Shown: one piece after another, positions 45,484-54,454 of the stretch | Layout of the letters: every line of letters begins with the position of its first letter | Position numbering within the stretch: position 1 is the stretch's first letter | Source: Candidatus Omnitrophota bacterium | GTDB lineage: Bacteria; Omnitrophota; Gorgyraeia; Duberdicusellales; 4484-171 | DNA length: 54,674 bases | Direction of reading: 5' to 3' | NCBI GenBank assembly: GCA_043820815.1 | Contig: JBDRDJ010000008.1 | Coordinates: forward strand, 1 to 54,674 | The notes under the pieces: generated by a model | What the model was told of the DNA's origin: nothing | Database searches by the model: none | The model's input: the letters and a program-made list of their open reading frames with translations, nothing else | Translations under genes and position numbers: made by a program

Positions 45484-46815
45484 ATGGCCCAGCCGAAACA
45501 GATTTTTAACGTTAATGAGTATTGGCATATTATAAAAAGGCGAAAATGGTTCTTTATAGCGCCTTTAATAATAATTTATGTGTCATTTTTTGTGAGCGGG
45601 TATTTTTTGCCTAAAGGATATCAGGCAAGGGCGATAATACTCGTTGAGGAGAAGAAAGTGGTAAACCCTCTTCTTAAGAATTTAGCAGTTTCAACCACTG
45701 TTGCTCAAAGATTAAGCTCTTTGCGCGAGGAGATATTGGCCTGGCCGAGGCTTTATCAACTTGTTGAGAGGCTGAGTTTGAATGATAATATAAACTCTCC
45801 TCTTGAGCTTGAAAGATTGATAATGGATATACGCAGAAACATCAATCTGTCTATGAAGGCAGATGACATAGTGGTTATCACCTATCAGGGAAAAGAAAGG
45901 CGCGACACTCAAAAAGTTGTAAATACTCTTTGTGATATTCTTATTGAGAGAAATCTTTCAATCCAAAATGAAGATACTGAGTCAGCAATTGATTTTATTA
46001 ATGACCAGCTTGCAATTTACAAAGATAAGCTCAATGGCTCAGACGGCCAGCTGCGCCAGTTCAAGGAAATTTACGGAACCAGCGTATTACCGCAGTTTAA
46101 AGGCCAGCAAACCGACGGTGAGCCCGGAGTGCGAATGGGTTACACCGGGCCATTGCTTCAGATAAGCTCTCAGCTCGCCCAGCTTGAGGCGGAGCTGGTT
46201 ATCACTTCTATCGATTGCACGGATGAACACCCCCGCATCAAGGATATTAAGCGAAGAATTTCATCGCTTAGAGAGAAGCGTGATGAATATATAGAGGAAG
46301 CGGCCAATAAAATCGGAGTTGACCCTTCGTCTTATGTAAATATCGCAGGAAGCTTGCCCCGTCAGCAGGAAGAGCTCGCAAACCTTACCCGCGATAAATC
46401 TATAGATGAACGCATATACGCGATGCTTCTTGAAAGGCTTGAGTCGGCAAAGATTACCGAGAGGCTTGACAATTCAGAAAATCGCACAAAATTCCGTATC
46501 ATTGAGCCGGCGCGGTTACCTTTATTTGCCTTTAAACCGAATAAAATTAAATTAAACTTTTTAGGTTTTCTTCTCGGGTCAATGGTGGGATTCGGCTTTA
46601 CTTATGTCAAAGAGCGCACAGACTCATCCTTTTCAACGGTTGATCAGTTAAAAGATTATTTCGATGTGCCTATAGTTGCCACAACTTCTAAGATTACGAC
46701 AGAAGGTGACCTTGCTGACAGATGGAAATTTACAAAAAGAATGCTCTTGGCAATCCTGGTGTTAACATTTATCGCGGCGATTGTTACCATCATTTTTGTA
46801 AAGGTTGGGTTTTAG
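45484..46815 (+). CDS. Polysaccharide chain-length determinant (GumC/Wzc N-part)
   Basis: Two TM helices around a coiled coil; YT..HP.I-like DCTDEHPRI; FRIIEPA.LP..P.KP. Confidence 0.88.
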   Translation: MAQPKQIFNVNEYWHIIKRRKWFFIAPLIIIYVSFFVSGYFLPKGYQARAIILVEEKKVVNPLLKNLAVSTTVAQRLSSLREEILAWPRLYQLVERLSLNDNINSPLELERLIMDIRRNINLSMKADDIVVITYQGKERRDTQKVVNTLCDILIERNLSIQNEDTESAIDFINDQLAIYKDKLNGSDGQLRQFKEIYGTSVLPQFKGQQTDGEPGVRMGYTGPLLQISSQLAQLEAELVITSIDCTDEHPRIKDIKRRISSLREKRDEYIEEAANKIGVDPSSYVNIAGSLPRQQEELANLTRDKSIDERIYAMLLERLESAKITERLDNSENRTKFRIIEPARLPLFAFKPNKIKLNFLGFLLGSMVGFGFTYVKERTDSSFSTVDQLKDYFDVPIVATTSKITTEGDLADRWKFTKRMLLAILVLTFIAAIVTIIFVKVGF

Positions 46816-46818
46816 TCC

Positions 46819-47643
46819 ATGTATGAACATTTCTTTAAATTAACCGATAAACCTTTCAGCGTAACCCCGGATACAAAATTCTTCTTTGAAGCCGAACACC
46901 ACAAGGAAGCTCTGAACAGCCTGATTTATGCAATATCAGAACGGAAAGGTTTCGCGGTTATTACGGGAGAAATCGGCGCGGGTAAAACTACCACCTGGCA
47001 CGCGCTCTTAAACCACTTAGACTCTCAAACAAAAATAGCCCTTATTACAAATACGCACACGACACCTAAGCAAATGATAACGGCTATTTTAGATGACTTA
47101 GATGTTCCTTTCAGCCAGAGGTCAACTAAAATTAAACTTCTCACAGAGCTTAACGGCTACCTGCTTAAACAGGCGTCCCTTGGCTGTAATGTCGTGGTTG
47201 TAATCGATGAAGCACAGAACTTGAGCGTTCAATCTCTTGAGGAGGTAAGGATGCTGTCTAATTTGGAAACAGAAAAAGAAAAGCTTCTGCAGATAATCCT
47301 TTTAGGCCAGCCTCGACTGCGCCAGGTTCTTGCTCAGGATGTTTTAACGCAGCTAACCCAGCGTATAGCCGTATATTACCATATTAAACCTTTAACTAAA
47401 GATGAGTCCCTTGGCTATATTAACCACCGCCTTAAAGTAGCCGGTGCTAACGGAAATGTAATATTCAGCGGGGAGGCTTTAAATAAAATCTACATTGGTT
47501 CAGAAGGGATACCGCGCCGGATAAATACTATTTGCGACCGGGCAATGCTTACCGGGTTTATACGCGAGAAAGATTTAATCGATGAAGGCATAGTTGATGA
47601 GGTTATAGAGGAGTTTGAGGGGATTACGAAGAACAATGCGTAA
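46819..47643 (+). CDS. ExeA-like AAA ATPase
   Basis: MYE.FF.L...PF..TPD, GEIGAGKTT, IDEAQNL, LLGQP.L, GIPRRIN..CDRA. Confidence 0.92.
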   Translation: MYEHFFKLTDKPFSVTPDTKFFFEAEHHKEALNSLIYAISERKGFAVITGEIGAGKTTTWHALLNHLDSQTKIALITNTHTTPKQMITAILDDLDVPFSQRSTKIKLLTELNGYLLKQASLGCNVVVVIDEAQNLSVQSLEEVRMLSNLETEKEKLLQIILLGQPRLRQVLAQDVLTQLTQRIAVYYHIKPLTKDESLGYINHRLKVAGANGNVIFSGEALNKIYIGSEGIPRRINTICDRAMLTGFIREKDLIDEGIVDEVIEEFEGITKNNA

Positions 47644-47654
47644 TATTAAAAATA

Positions 47655-47720
47655 ACCAAATAATGACAAATGACCCTTCGGGTATACTCAGGGCAGGCAA
47701 AATCCCAATGACAAATGGCA
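47655..47720. repeat. AATGACA heptamer run interrupted by a CCCTTCG...CTCAGGG element
   Basis: AATAATGACAAATGA-[CCCTTCGGGTATACTCAGGG 47674-47693]-CAGGCAAAATCCCAATGACAAATGG. Confidence 0.6.
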
Positions 47721-47811
47721 TGGAATAAATAAAAGATTGTTTACCGATCGAATGTCTTCGTAAAAGTATTCTTTGGTTATTGGGTATGAAGTAAAAAAAT
47801 TGGGGGTATAT

Positions 47812-48804
47812 ATGGGAAAGATTACTGATGCACTGCAGAAAGTTATGAAAGAGAGAGAAGTCCAGAAAATGGAAGTCAGAGATCCATCCGTGGTAAATAT
47901 TGACAGGGTAGTTAATACAGAAGATGCCAAAGGCCCGCTACCCGAAGCTTTTGTCAAAAACACCGAAGTAAAGCCTAAGAAAAAGAAGTTTAATCTTGAA
48001 GAGCGCTTAAGGCAGAGAGAGAGAATGTATCTGGCAGTTGCCAGAGATAATTCCGGAATAGACCCCCGTATTGTCACCTACCATGATTATCATTCTCCAA
48101 TGTCAGAACAGTACAGGATCCTTCGCACAAACATAAAATCATATCTTTCTAAAAAAGAACCTCTAAGTAAACTTAAAATGACTAAGTCTCTGGTTGTCAC
48201 CAGGGTGTTTACTGTTTCAAGTTCCGTAAGAGGAGAAGGAAAGACAATAACCGCATCAAATCTTGCTGTGTCTTTTGCCCATGACTCTGAAACAAAAGTG
48301 CTTTTGATTGATTGCGACTTGAGAAAAGGTTCAGTCAGCGAACTTTTTGCCTTAAACGGTTCTGTCGGAATTTCCGATTATCTTGCAAGGAAGGTTGAAT
48401 ACAGCCGGACAATACATCCGACAAAAGTAAAAAACCTTTTTATTGTTCCTAAAGGGAAAATAAACATATCTCCTTCTGAGATGTTTGGCTCAAACGACAT
48501 GAGGGTCTTCCTTGAGCAAATTAAGAGCCAGTCATTTAACTATATTATCATAGACACTCCGCCCATCCTTCCCTTTACTGATGCCGGCGTTTTAGGAGCG
48601 CAAACAGAAGGCGTGCTTCTGGTAGTAAAAGCCCAGAAAACTCAAGCTCAGGCAGTTTTAAAGGCAAAGGATTTTCTAAACCAGGCCCAGGCAAAATTGC
48701 TCGGTATTGTCCTGGCTCAGGTTGATTATCACCTTCCCGATCTGTATAGCGATTATTATTATTATTTCAAGCAAAAAACGGAGTTTAATCAAAGCATAAC
48801 ATAA
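47812..48804 (+). CDS. CpsD/CapB-type tyrosine autokinase
   Basis: MGKI..AL start, SEQYR.LRT, Walker A GEGKT, LIDCDLR, IIDTPP, C-terminal Tyr cluster YSDYYYY; ATG 47812. Confidence 0.92.
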   Translation: MGKITDALQKVMKEREVQKMEVRDPSVVNIDRVVNTEDAKGPLPEAFVKNTEVKPKKKKFNLEERLRQRERMYLAVARDNSGIDPRIVTYHDYHSPMSEQYRILRTNIKSYLSKKEPLSKLKMTKSLVVTRVFTVSSSVRGEGKTITASNLAVSFAHDSETKVLLIDCDLRKGSVSELFALNGSVGISDYLARKVEYSRTIHPTKVKNLFIVPKGKINISPSEMFGSNDMRVFLEQIKSQSFNYIIIDTPPILPFTDAGVLGAQTEGVLLVVKAQKTQAQAVLKAKDFLNQAQAKLLGIVLAQVDYHLPDLYSDYYYYFKQKTEFNQSIT

Positions 48805-48809
48805 TAATT

Positions 48810-50192
48810 ATGGATACATTGCGTTTTGAGGGAGAAAAGATTTTTAGTGCCCATGGCATACAGGGAACACCCGGGTTGTACCCTTTGACTGACGGGATGA
48901 TATTTAAAATTGGTTCATCTGCAGCAAGGCTGATTTTTCACAAAAAGGGGATACGAAAAGACTTAAAGATCATTATCGCCAGGGATTCGACATTTAGCTT
49001 AGAAAGGATAGAGTTGATTTTGGCTGACGCGATAAGTTTCTACGGTATAGATGTTGCGCTTTCAGGTATTATCCCAATAGGCGGCTTGTCTATGCTTATA
49101 CGCGATAAAGGCTTTGACTTAGGCATAATGATTTCTTCCTCAAGCCTATCCCCTCAGGATAACGGCATACGTTTTTTCTCAGATAACGGCATGAGGCTTT
49201 CAAAAGAGGACGAAGACTGGATGGAGCAGTTGATTCTCGGAAGCTTAATAAATTATCCGAGACAAGAGGAAATTCCCGAAAAAGGAAGCCTTTCGCGTTT
49301 GAATGATTCAGCTTCAGTGTATATAGATTTTCTTGCCAAAACCGTTTCAGGTACACAGCTTAAGGGCTTAAAAATAGCCTTGGATTGCCGCGGCTATGAG
49401 CCGGCAAGGTTCGCAAGCCGGTTATTCGAGAAATTAGGCATAGGGGTAACTGTTTTAGCCGACACTAAGAGAGTGTCAGGCATAGATGAAAACGCCAGGG
49501 CTGATTTTTCAGTTTTAAGCGGCCTTGTAAAAAGAGATAAGAAAGATGCGGGATTCGCGTTTGACCACGACGGCGACAGGCTCACGGCTGTTTGCGAAAA
49601 CGGCCGGGTTCTTGACGGAGACGATATCATGGCTTTATTCGGGTTGTATCTTTTGCAAAGAGGCAGGCTTTCTAAGAATACTCTTGTTACTACCGTTGCA
49701 AGCAACAGCGGCCTTAAAGAAGTAATTGAGAGGCATTCGGGCAAGGTAATTTATACAAAAGTCGGTTACAATTACGTCGCTTCTAAAATTTACGATAAAG
49801 GATTAAATTTCGGAGGTGAAAAGTGCGGCCACATATTATTTACTGATTATCTGCCTGTTTCCGACGGCCTGCTTACGGCGGTTCAGATACTTGCAGTTAT
49901 GAAAGAAACAAATAAGCCGTTGAGCAAGCTGACAGAATGTATAAAAAAAAGGCCTCAGGTAGAATGTTCAGTTGCGATAGATTTTAAAAGGCCATTTTCG
50001 CGCCATATTAAATTAAAGAATGCTATCTCTAAGTGGGCTAACAAAATTAAATCCCACGGAAGATTATTAGTAAGATATTCCGAAACAGATAAATTATTGA
50101 GAATTGTTGCGGAATCCGATAGCGAACCGCTTGCCAGGGAAACAGCAGATTCTTTAAAAAGTATATTCATTAGTGAGTTTTCAGCCGGTTGA
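48810..50192 (+). CDS. Phosphoglucosamine mutase-like protein with degenerate motifs
   Basis: GlmM fold motifs DNGI.FF, D.DGDR, GE..GH, DG.L.A.Q; the SASHNP loop reads SSSSLSP. Confidence 0.8.
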   Translation: MDTLRFEGEKIFSAHGIQGTPGLYPLTDGMIFKIGSSAARLIFHKKGIRKDLKIIIARDSTFSLERIELILADAISFYGIDVALSGIIPIGGLSMLIRDKGFDLGIMISSSSLSPQDNGIRFFSDNGMRLSKEDEDWMEQLILGSLINYPRQEEIPEKGSLSRLNDSASVYIDFLAKTVSGTQLKGLKIALDCRGYEPARFASRLFEKLGIGVTVLADTKRVSGIDENARADFSVLSGLVKRDKKDAGFAFDHDGDRLTAVCENGRVLDGDDIMALFGLYLLQRGRLSKNTLVTTVASNSGLKEVIERHSGKVIYTKVGYNYVASKIYDKGLNFGGEKCGHILFTDYLPVSDGLLTAVQILAVMKETNKPLSKLTECIKKRPQVECSVAIDFKRPFSRHIKLKNAISKWANKIKSHGRLLVRYSETDKLLRIVAESDSEPLARETADSLKSIFISEFSAG

Positions 50193-50261
50193 CACCGGCC
50201 AATCCGCTACACAAATAGATAATAATACGATTTTAAAGCCGGATTTATCGATTATTAACTT

Positions 50262-50300
50262 ATTCGAGGTAATTCGATTCAAATTCGCGGCAATTCGTGT
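50262..50300. repeat. Four AATTCG units with 10-11 bp period (solo arm)
   Basis: ATTCGAGGT AATTCGATTC AAATTCGCGG CAATTCGTGT. Confidence 0.55.
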
Positions 50301-50318
50301 TTAACGCGATACGAAAAT

Positions 50319-51053
50319 ATGAAGTGTATAATTTTAGCTGCTGATCAAGGAGTCCGTCCGGACACAACAACCCCGGTAATACCGGCTTCCCTTCTTCCTG
50401 TTAAAGGGGCCCCGGTAATTTCTTATATCCTTTCCCGCCTGTCACGGATAGACAGTATCCGGTCAATTTATATTGTAGCCGGAAGCCGCTTTAAGGAAAG
50501 AATAAATAACGCGGCTTGCGTTTCAACTGTTAATTTTCCCATTGTGGTTATTGATAACGGTGTAAAGAGTAACCGGAAAATGCGGGGTTCTCTCGGTGAT
50601 CTTTTATTCGCTTGTTCCCAAGCGGGTGTATCTGATGATTTTCTGGTTATAGGGGCTGACAACCTGTTTTCTTTTAACCTTGGTAATTTTATAGAATCAG
50701 CTAAAAAAAGCGGGCGGCTTTTAACAGTAGGCCTTTATAACACAAACGGCAGGCTTAAGCCGAGCAAATTCGGTTTTGCCGCAATCGACTCAGAGGGAAA
50801 ATTAACAAGTTTTACGGAAAAGCCGTCTTCGATGAACGGTTCAAGGCTTATTTCAACAAGCATATACTTTTTTTCCAAGGAAAATATACCTTTAATAAAT
50901 AAGTATCTTTTAACCGTAAAAGCCTCAGCTGCTATAGGCAGTTATGTAGAGTGGCTCTCACAGAAAAATTCCGTAGGCGGCTATGTTTTTAAAGGAAGCT
51001 GGTTTGATGTTGCCGATTCCGATGCCTACCACGAAGCTATTTTCAGCTTTTAA
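50319..51053 (+). CDS. Sugar-phosphate nucleotidyltransferase-like protein with degenerate motifs
   Basis: MK.IILAA, LLPV.G.P.I.Y, GADNLF, F.EKP, GSWFDV; the GxGxR and PK motifs are altered. Confidence 0.8.
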   Translation: MKCIILAADQGVRPDTTTPVIPASLLPVKGAPVISYILSRLSRIDSIRSIYIVAGSRFKERINNAACVSTVNFPIVVIDNGVKSNRKMRGSLGDLLFACSQAGVSDDFLVIGADNLFSFNLGNFIESAKKSGRLLTVGLYNTNGRLKPSKFGFAAIDSEGKLTSFTEKPSSMNGSRLISTSIYFFSKENIPLINKYLLTVKASAAIGSYVEWLSQKNSVGGYVFKGSWFDVADSDAYHEAIFSF

Positions 51054-51063
51054 TTGTATTTTT

Positions 51064-51139
51064 CCCCGCGGCATGTTACCAGCTAAGCTAGTGAAAACTG
51101 GCTCTTTTTAAGGTTTAGAAAGCCACGGCTGCCGCGGGG
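51064..51139. other. GC-rich closing stem enclosing 56 nt (structured element)
   Basis: CCCCGCGGCA ... TGCCGCGGGG, perfect 10 bp; inner CCAG/CTGG pair. Confidence 0.4.
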
Positions 51140-51162
51140 CTGTACTTATTTTTAGAAACTAT

Positions 51163-51196
51163 AATCACTGTAATCCGAATCTAATCGGCGTAATCA
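51163..51196. repeat. Solo arm related to the GxxExxY flanks
   Basis: 25/34 identical to 44641-44674; its first 13 nt are the exact reverse complement of 44264-44276. Confidence 0.65.
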
Positions 51197-51201
51197 TAAA
51201 T

Positions 51202-52224
51202 ATGTTAAAGAAAATAAAATATTTTATAAAATCATCCCTAAGCAATTTTCTTTATTATAGCGGGCTTACGCATATTGCTTTAAAGGCTGTTACCAAGCGG
51301 GAAAAAAGGCATCCGGTAATAATCATAATGTATCACAGGATTGTAGAGGGTATTGATAAGGAGATAAACAATAACCATGCAATCTGCCACCCTTTAGACA
51401 GTTTTAAGAAAGAGCTTAAGCTCCTTAAGCATTTCTTTAAACCCGCAAGTTTAACCGAAGCCCTCGATTATATTAAGGAAAAGGCGCCGATGCCGGATAA
51501 ACCGTTGGTTGTTTTAACATTTGATGATGGTTTCAAAGATAACTATACGCTTGCTTATCCGGTTTTGCGCGGGCATGGGATACCCGCTGTGATTTTTCTT
51601 ACTGCCGGCATTATAGGAACAGAAAATCTTCCCTGGGTTGATGAGATGGGCCAAAGGATTCTTAATACAGAGAAGAAATCTATCAGCATAAATACCGTTT
51701 TAAATAAACAAGCCTTGGATATAAATAGCCTTAGAGAAAAAAGAAAGGCTTTTAACAGCATAACGGAGAAACTTAAAGCGGTAAAGAACTCTGACAGAGA
51801 ATTAATTCTTAAAGATTTATTCAGCCAGTTAGGCGCCAGGATGAACGGGCACTTGCAAATGTTAAACTGGGAACAGGTAAAAGAAATGGCCGGGAATAAT
51901 ATTTCTTTCGGCGCGCATACATGCACGCATCCGATACTTTCTAAAATGGATAGAGAAGAAGCTGAAACAGAAATAATTAAATCAAAACGCATCATCGAAG
52001 ATGAGCTTGGTTTAAAAGTAGAACATTTTGCGTTTCCTAACGGACGGCTCTGTGATTTTACCTCCCGTTTAAAGGAATTTTGCAAAAGCGCCGGCTTTAA
52101 AAGCGTTTCAACCGCCCTTTATGGAATAAACAGGCAGGGCAATTGTGTATATTCTCTAAAAAGAATGAGCCCGTCAAAGACATTGCCCGTGTTTGCTTAT
52201 GATCTTTTAAGGGCACTTATTTAA
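51202..52224 (+). CDS. Polysaccharide deacetylase (NodB family)
   Basis: MYHRI, LTFDDGF.DNY..AYP.L, GAHT.THP.L, FAFPNG. Confidence 0.93.
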   Translation: MLKKIKYFIKSSLSNFLYYSGLTHIALKAVTKREKRHPVIIIMYHRIVEGIDKEINNNHAICHPLDSFKKELKLLKHFFKPASLTEALDYIKEKAPMPDKPLVVLTFDDGFKDNYTLAYPVLRGHGIPAVIFLTAGIIGTENLPWVDEMGQRILNTEKKSISINTVLNKQALDINSLREKRKAFNSITEKLKAVKNSDRELILKDLFSQLGARMNGHLQMLNWEQVKEMAGNNISFGAHTCTHPILSKMDREEAETEIIKSKRIIEDELGLKVEHFAFPNGRLCDFTSRLKEFCKSAGFKSVSTALYGINRQGNCVYSLKRMSPSKTLPVFAYDLLRALI

Positions 52225-52241
52225 AGGCAGGTATAAGAGAA

Positions 52242-53309
52242 ATGGTTCGTGCAAGAATTCAAAGAAAAAGCGATTGGGTGCTTTCTCAGGTACCCTGCAA
52301 AGGCAGAGAGGATGTTATTGATTTCTTTCAAAGTACAATCTGGAAGAATAAAGACGCAGGTAACCTATACAGCTGGAAGTATGAGAAAAACCCCAAAGGC
52401 ATAACTACAACCCTGTTCTGTAAGAATGGTGAAGGAGAAATTGTTGCCGGAGCTTTCTTTATGCCTTGGAAGTTCGCATTCGATAACAAGGTAATTACAG
52501 CCCTTCAGTGGGTTGATATGTTTGTCGAGCTTTCCTACCGCGGCCAGCCGATTGCCGCGGAAATGCTGAAAACATATAACAGTTTAAACGCAGAGATATG
52601 TTTCGCATTCCCAAACACTAACGGATTAGCGGTTCATAAGAAAAATAACGGCCTGCATTTAGGCTGTATTATGCGCTATACAAAGCCTTTAGATTTTAGT
52701 TACATTGTCTCAAGGTTCATAAAAAATCCCTTTTTTGCCAAAGCGGCATCTTTCTTAATTAACGCATGCATGAAGATAGTATCTCCCGACACATACCTTT
52801 TCTTAAGAGATTACTCAATCGTTAAAGCAGATGATATAGGCGAAGGTTATGATATTTTCTGGAATAAATTCAAAGATAAGCACAGAGATGTAATATTTAC
52901 CGACAGAAATGCCGCATATATGAAATGGAAATACATAGATGGGCCTTGCAAAAAACGCTCTGTTTATTTTATAAAGCGCGGCAGCCGCGTTGAAGGGTTT
53001 ATTGTGTTAGAAGAGAAGCCCGAGGCGGGTTTTATCGTTGATTTAGCGGCCGAAAGCGCTAAGGCGCTTAGTCATTTAATTGCATACGCGGTTAAGCATT
53101 TTCGCCGCTTAAAAAAGAAGTCCCTGTCTTTTATCGCGTTAGAAAAGAATTTGTATTTTAACAGGTTAAAGCGGTTTGGTTTTGTTGAGCGCCCGGATAA
53201 AACACATTTTTATATATACCCGAAAAACTCTATAAAAGAAATAGAGGGGTTTTCTAAGCCTGATAAGTGGTTTATCACAATCGGCGACTGCGACATAGAC
53301 GCATTGTGA
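52242..53309 (+). CDS. GNAT-family acyltransferase
   Basis: W.Y..NP, Q.VD..V...YRG, FAFPN, R...Y..WKY motifs; EPS locus context. Confidence 0.75.
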   Translation: MVRARIQRKSDWVLSQVPCKGREDVIDFFQSTIWKNKDAGNLYSWKYEKNPKGITTTLFCKNGEGEIVAGAFFMPWKFAFDNKVITALQWVDMFVELSYRGQPIAAEMLKTYNSLNAEICFAFPNTNGLAVHKKNNGLHLGCIMRYTKPLDFSYIVSRFIKNPFFAKAASFLINACMKIVSPDTYLFLRDYSIVKADDIGEGYDIFWNKFKDKHRDVIFTDRNAAYMKWKYIDGPCKKRSVYFIKRGSRVEGFIVLEEKPEAGFIVDLAAESAKALSHLIAYAVKHFRRLKKKSLSFIALEKNLYFNRLKRFGFVERPDKTHFYIYPKNSIKEIEGFSKPDKWFITIGDCDIDAL

Positions 53310-53317
53310 ACGCATAT

Positions 53318-53345
53318 GTAAGGACGGCAGATCTGCCGTCCCAAC
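53318..53345. repeat. GTAG-type REP-like palindrome
   Basis: GTAAGGACGGCAGATCTGCCGTCCCAAC with a perfect 20-bp core. Confidence 0.7.
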
Positions 53346-53359
53346 AATAAATTATACAA

Positions 53360-54454
53360 ATGATCACGTTGGAAATAATCACCGATAAAGAAATTTTTTA
53401 TTCCTTGCGCAAAGATTGGAATAATGTTTTAGAGAAAAGCGGCGTTAACAATCCCTACCTTACGCATGAATTCTTAAGCAGCTGGTTAAAAGCATACGGT
53501 TTTAACAAAGAACTTTGCATAGTTTCATTTAAGGATGAATCTTCCTATATCGGATTTATCCCTTTGGTCGGCCAGAGAATAAATCCTTGCTTGCCGTTTA
53601 AGGAAATAACATTCTTCTGCAACCACTGGGGGCCTATGGATTTTTTATTGAGCGGTAATAACCGGCTTTGCATAAGCTTATTCATTGACTGGTTTAAATC
53701 TTTAAAGAAATCAGAAATTCTAACTCTGTCAAGAATCAGTTATGAATCACAAAACCACTCTTTGCTGTTAGAAGCATTACGCAAAAAGCAAATGAGTTTT
53801 GAAAAAATCAATATTAAAAACTTAAAAATTTCACTTATAAGCAATTGGGATGATTATTTGATGACAAGAAGCAAGAAATTCAGGTATGAGGTTAAATCTA
53901 AGCGCAAAAAGATGTCTGATTCAGGCAGGCTTTGTTACGAGCGAAAGTATAGTTTTTCAAACCTTAAAAAAGACCTTTCCGATATATCAATGGTCGCAGG
54001 CTCAAGCTGGAAGCACGGTAAGAAAGCAGGCGTTGGCCAAACAGCCCGGGGCTTAGATTTCTACCGCAATATCTTAACTGAGTGGAGTGACAGCAGAAAT
54101 ATTGACCTTAGCCTGCTGCGCCTTAACGGTTCACTCTTAGCTTACGCGGTCCGGCTAAACTACAAGGATAAATATTACGCTTTTGAGGCTTCATATTCGA
54201 AGGATTACCATGATTATTCTCCCGGCATGGTTTTACAGAGTTTTCTTATCGAGGACCTGTTTAAAGAAGGCCGCGTTAAATCTTTTGAGCTTGGAGAAAG
54301 CGATTCAACTAAAGCCCGCTGGGCGGATGAATCCGTTGATGAGGCAAAATTTATTATTTATAACTCTGAGTTATTCTCAAAATTATTTCATACCGCTAAG
54401 AGGTTTTTTAAAAAATGCTGCATAAAAAATAAAATATCAAATATCAAAAATTAA
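53360..54454 (+). CDS. GNAT-family acyltransferase (CelD/BcsL-like)
   Basis: L...W, P.L..E.L..W, L.LNG..LA, Y...Y.DYSPGM.L, FELG....K.RW. Confidence 0.8.
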   Translation: MITLEIITDKEIFYSLRKDWNNVLEKSGVNNPYLTHEFLSSWLKAYGFNKELCIVSFKDESSYIGFIPLVGQRINPCLPFKEITFFCNHWGPMDFLLSGNNRLCISLFIDWFKSLKKSEILTLSRISYESQNHSLLLEALRKKQMSFEKINIKNLKISLISNWDDYLMTRSKKFRYEVKSKRKKMSDSGRLCYERKYSFSNLKKDLSDISMVAGSSWKHGKKAGVGQTARGLDFYRNILTEWSDSRNIDLSLLRLNGSLLAYAVRLNYKDKYYAFEASYSKDYHDYSPGMVLQSFLIEDLFKEGRVKSFELGESDSTKARWADESVDEAKFIIYNSELFSKLFHTAKRFFKKCCIKNKISNIKN

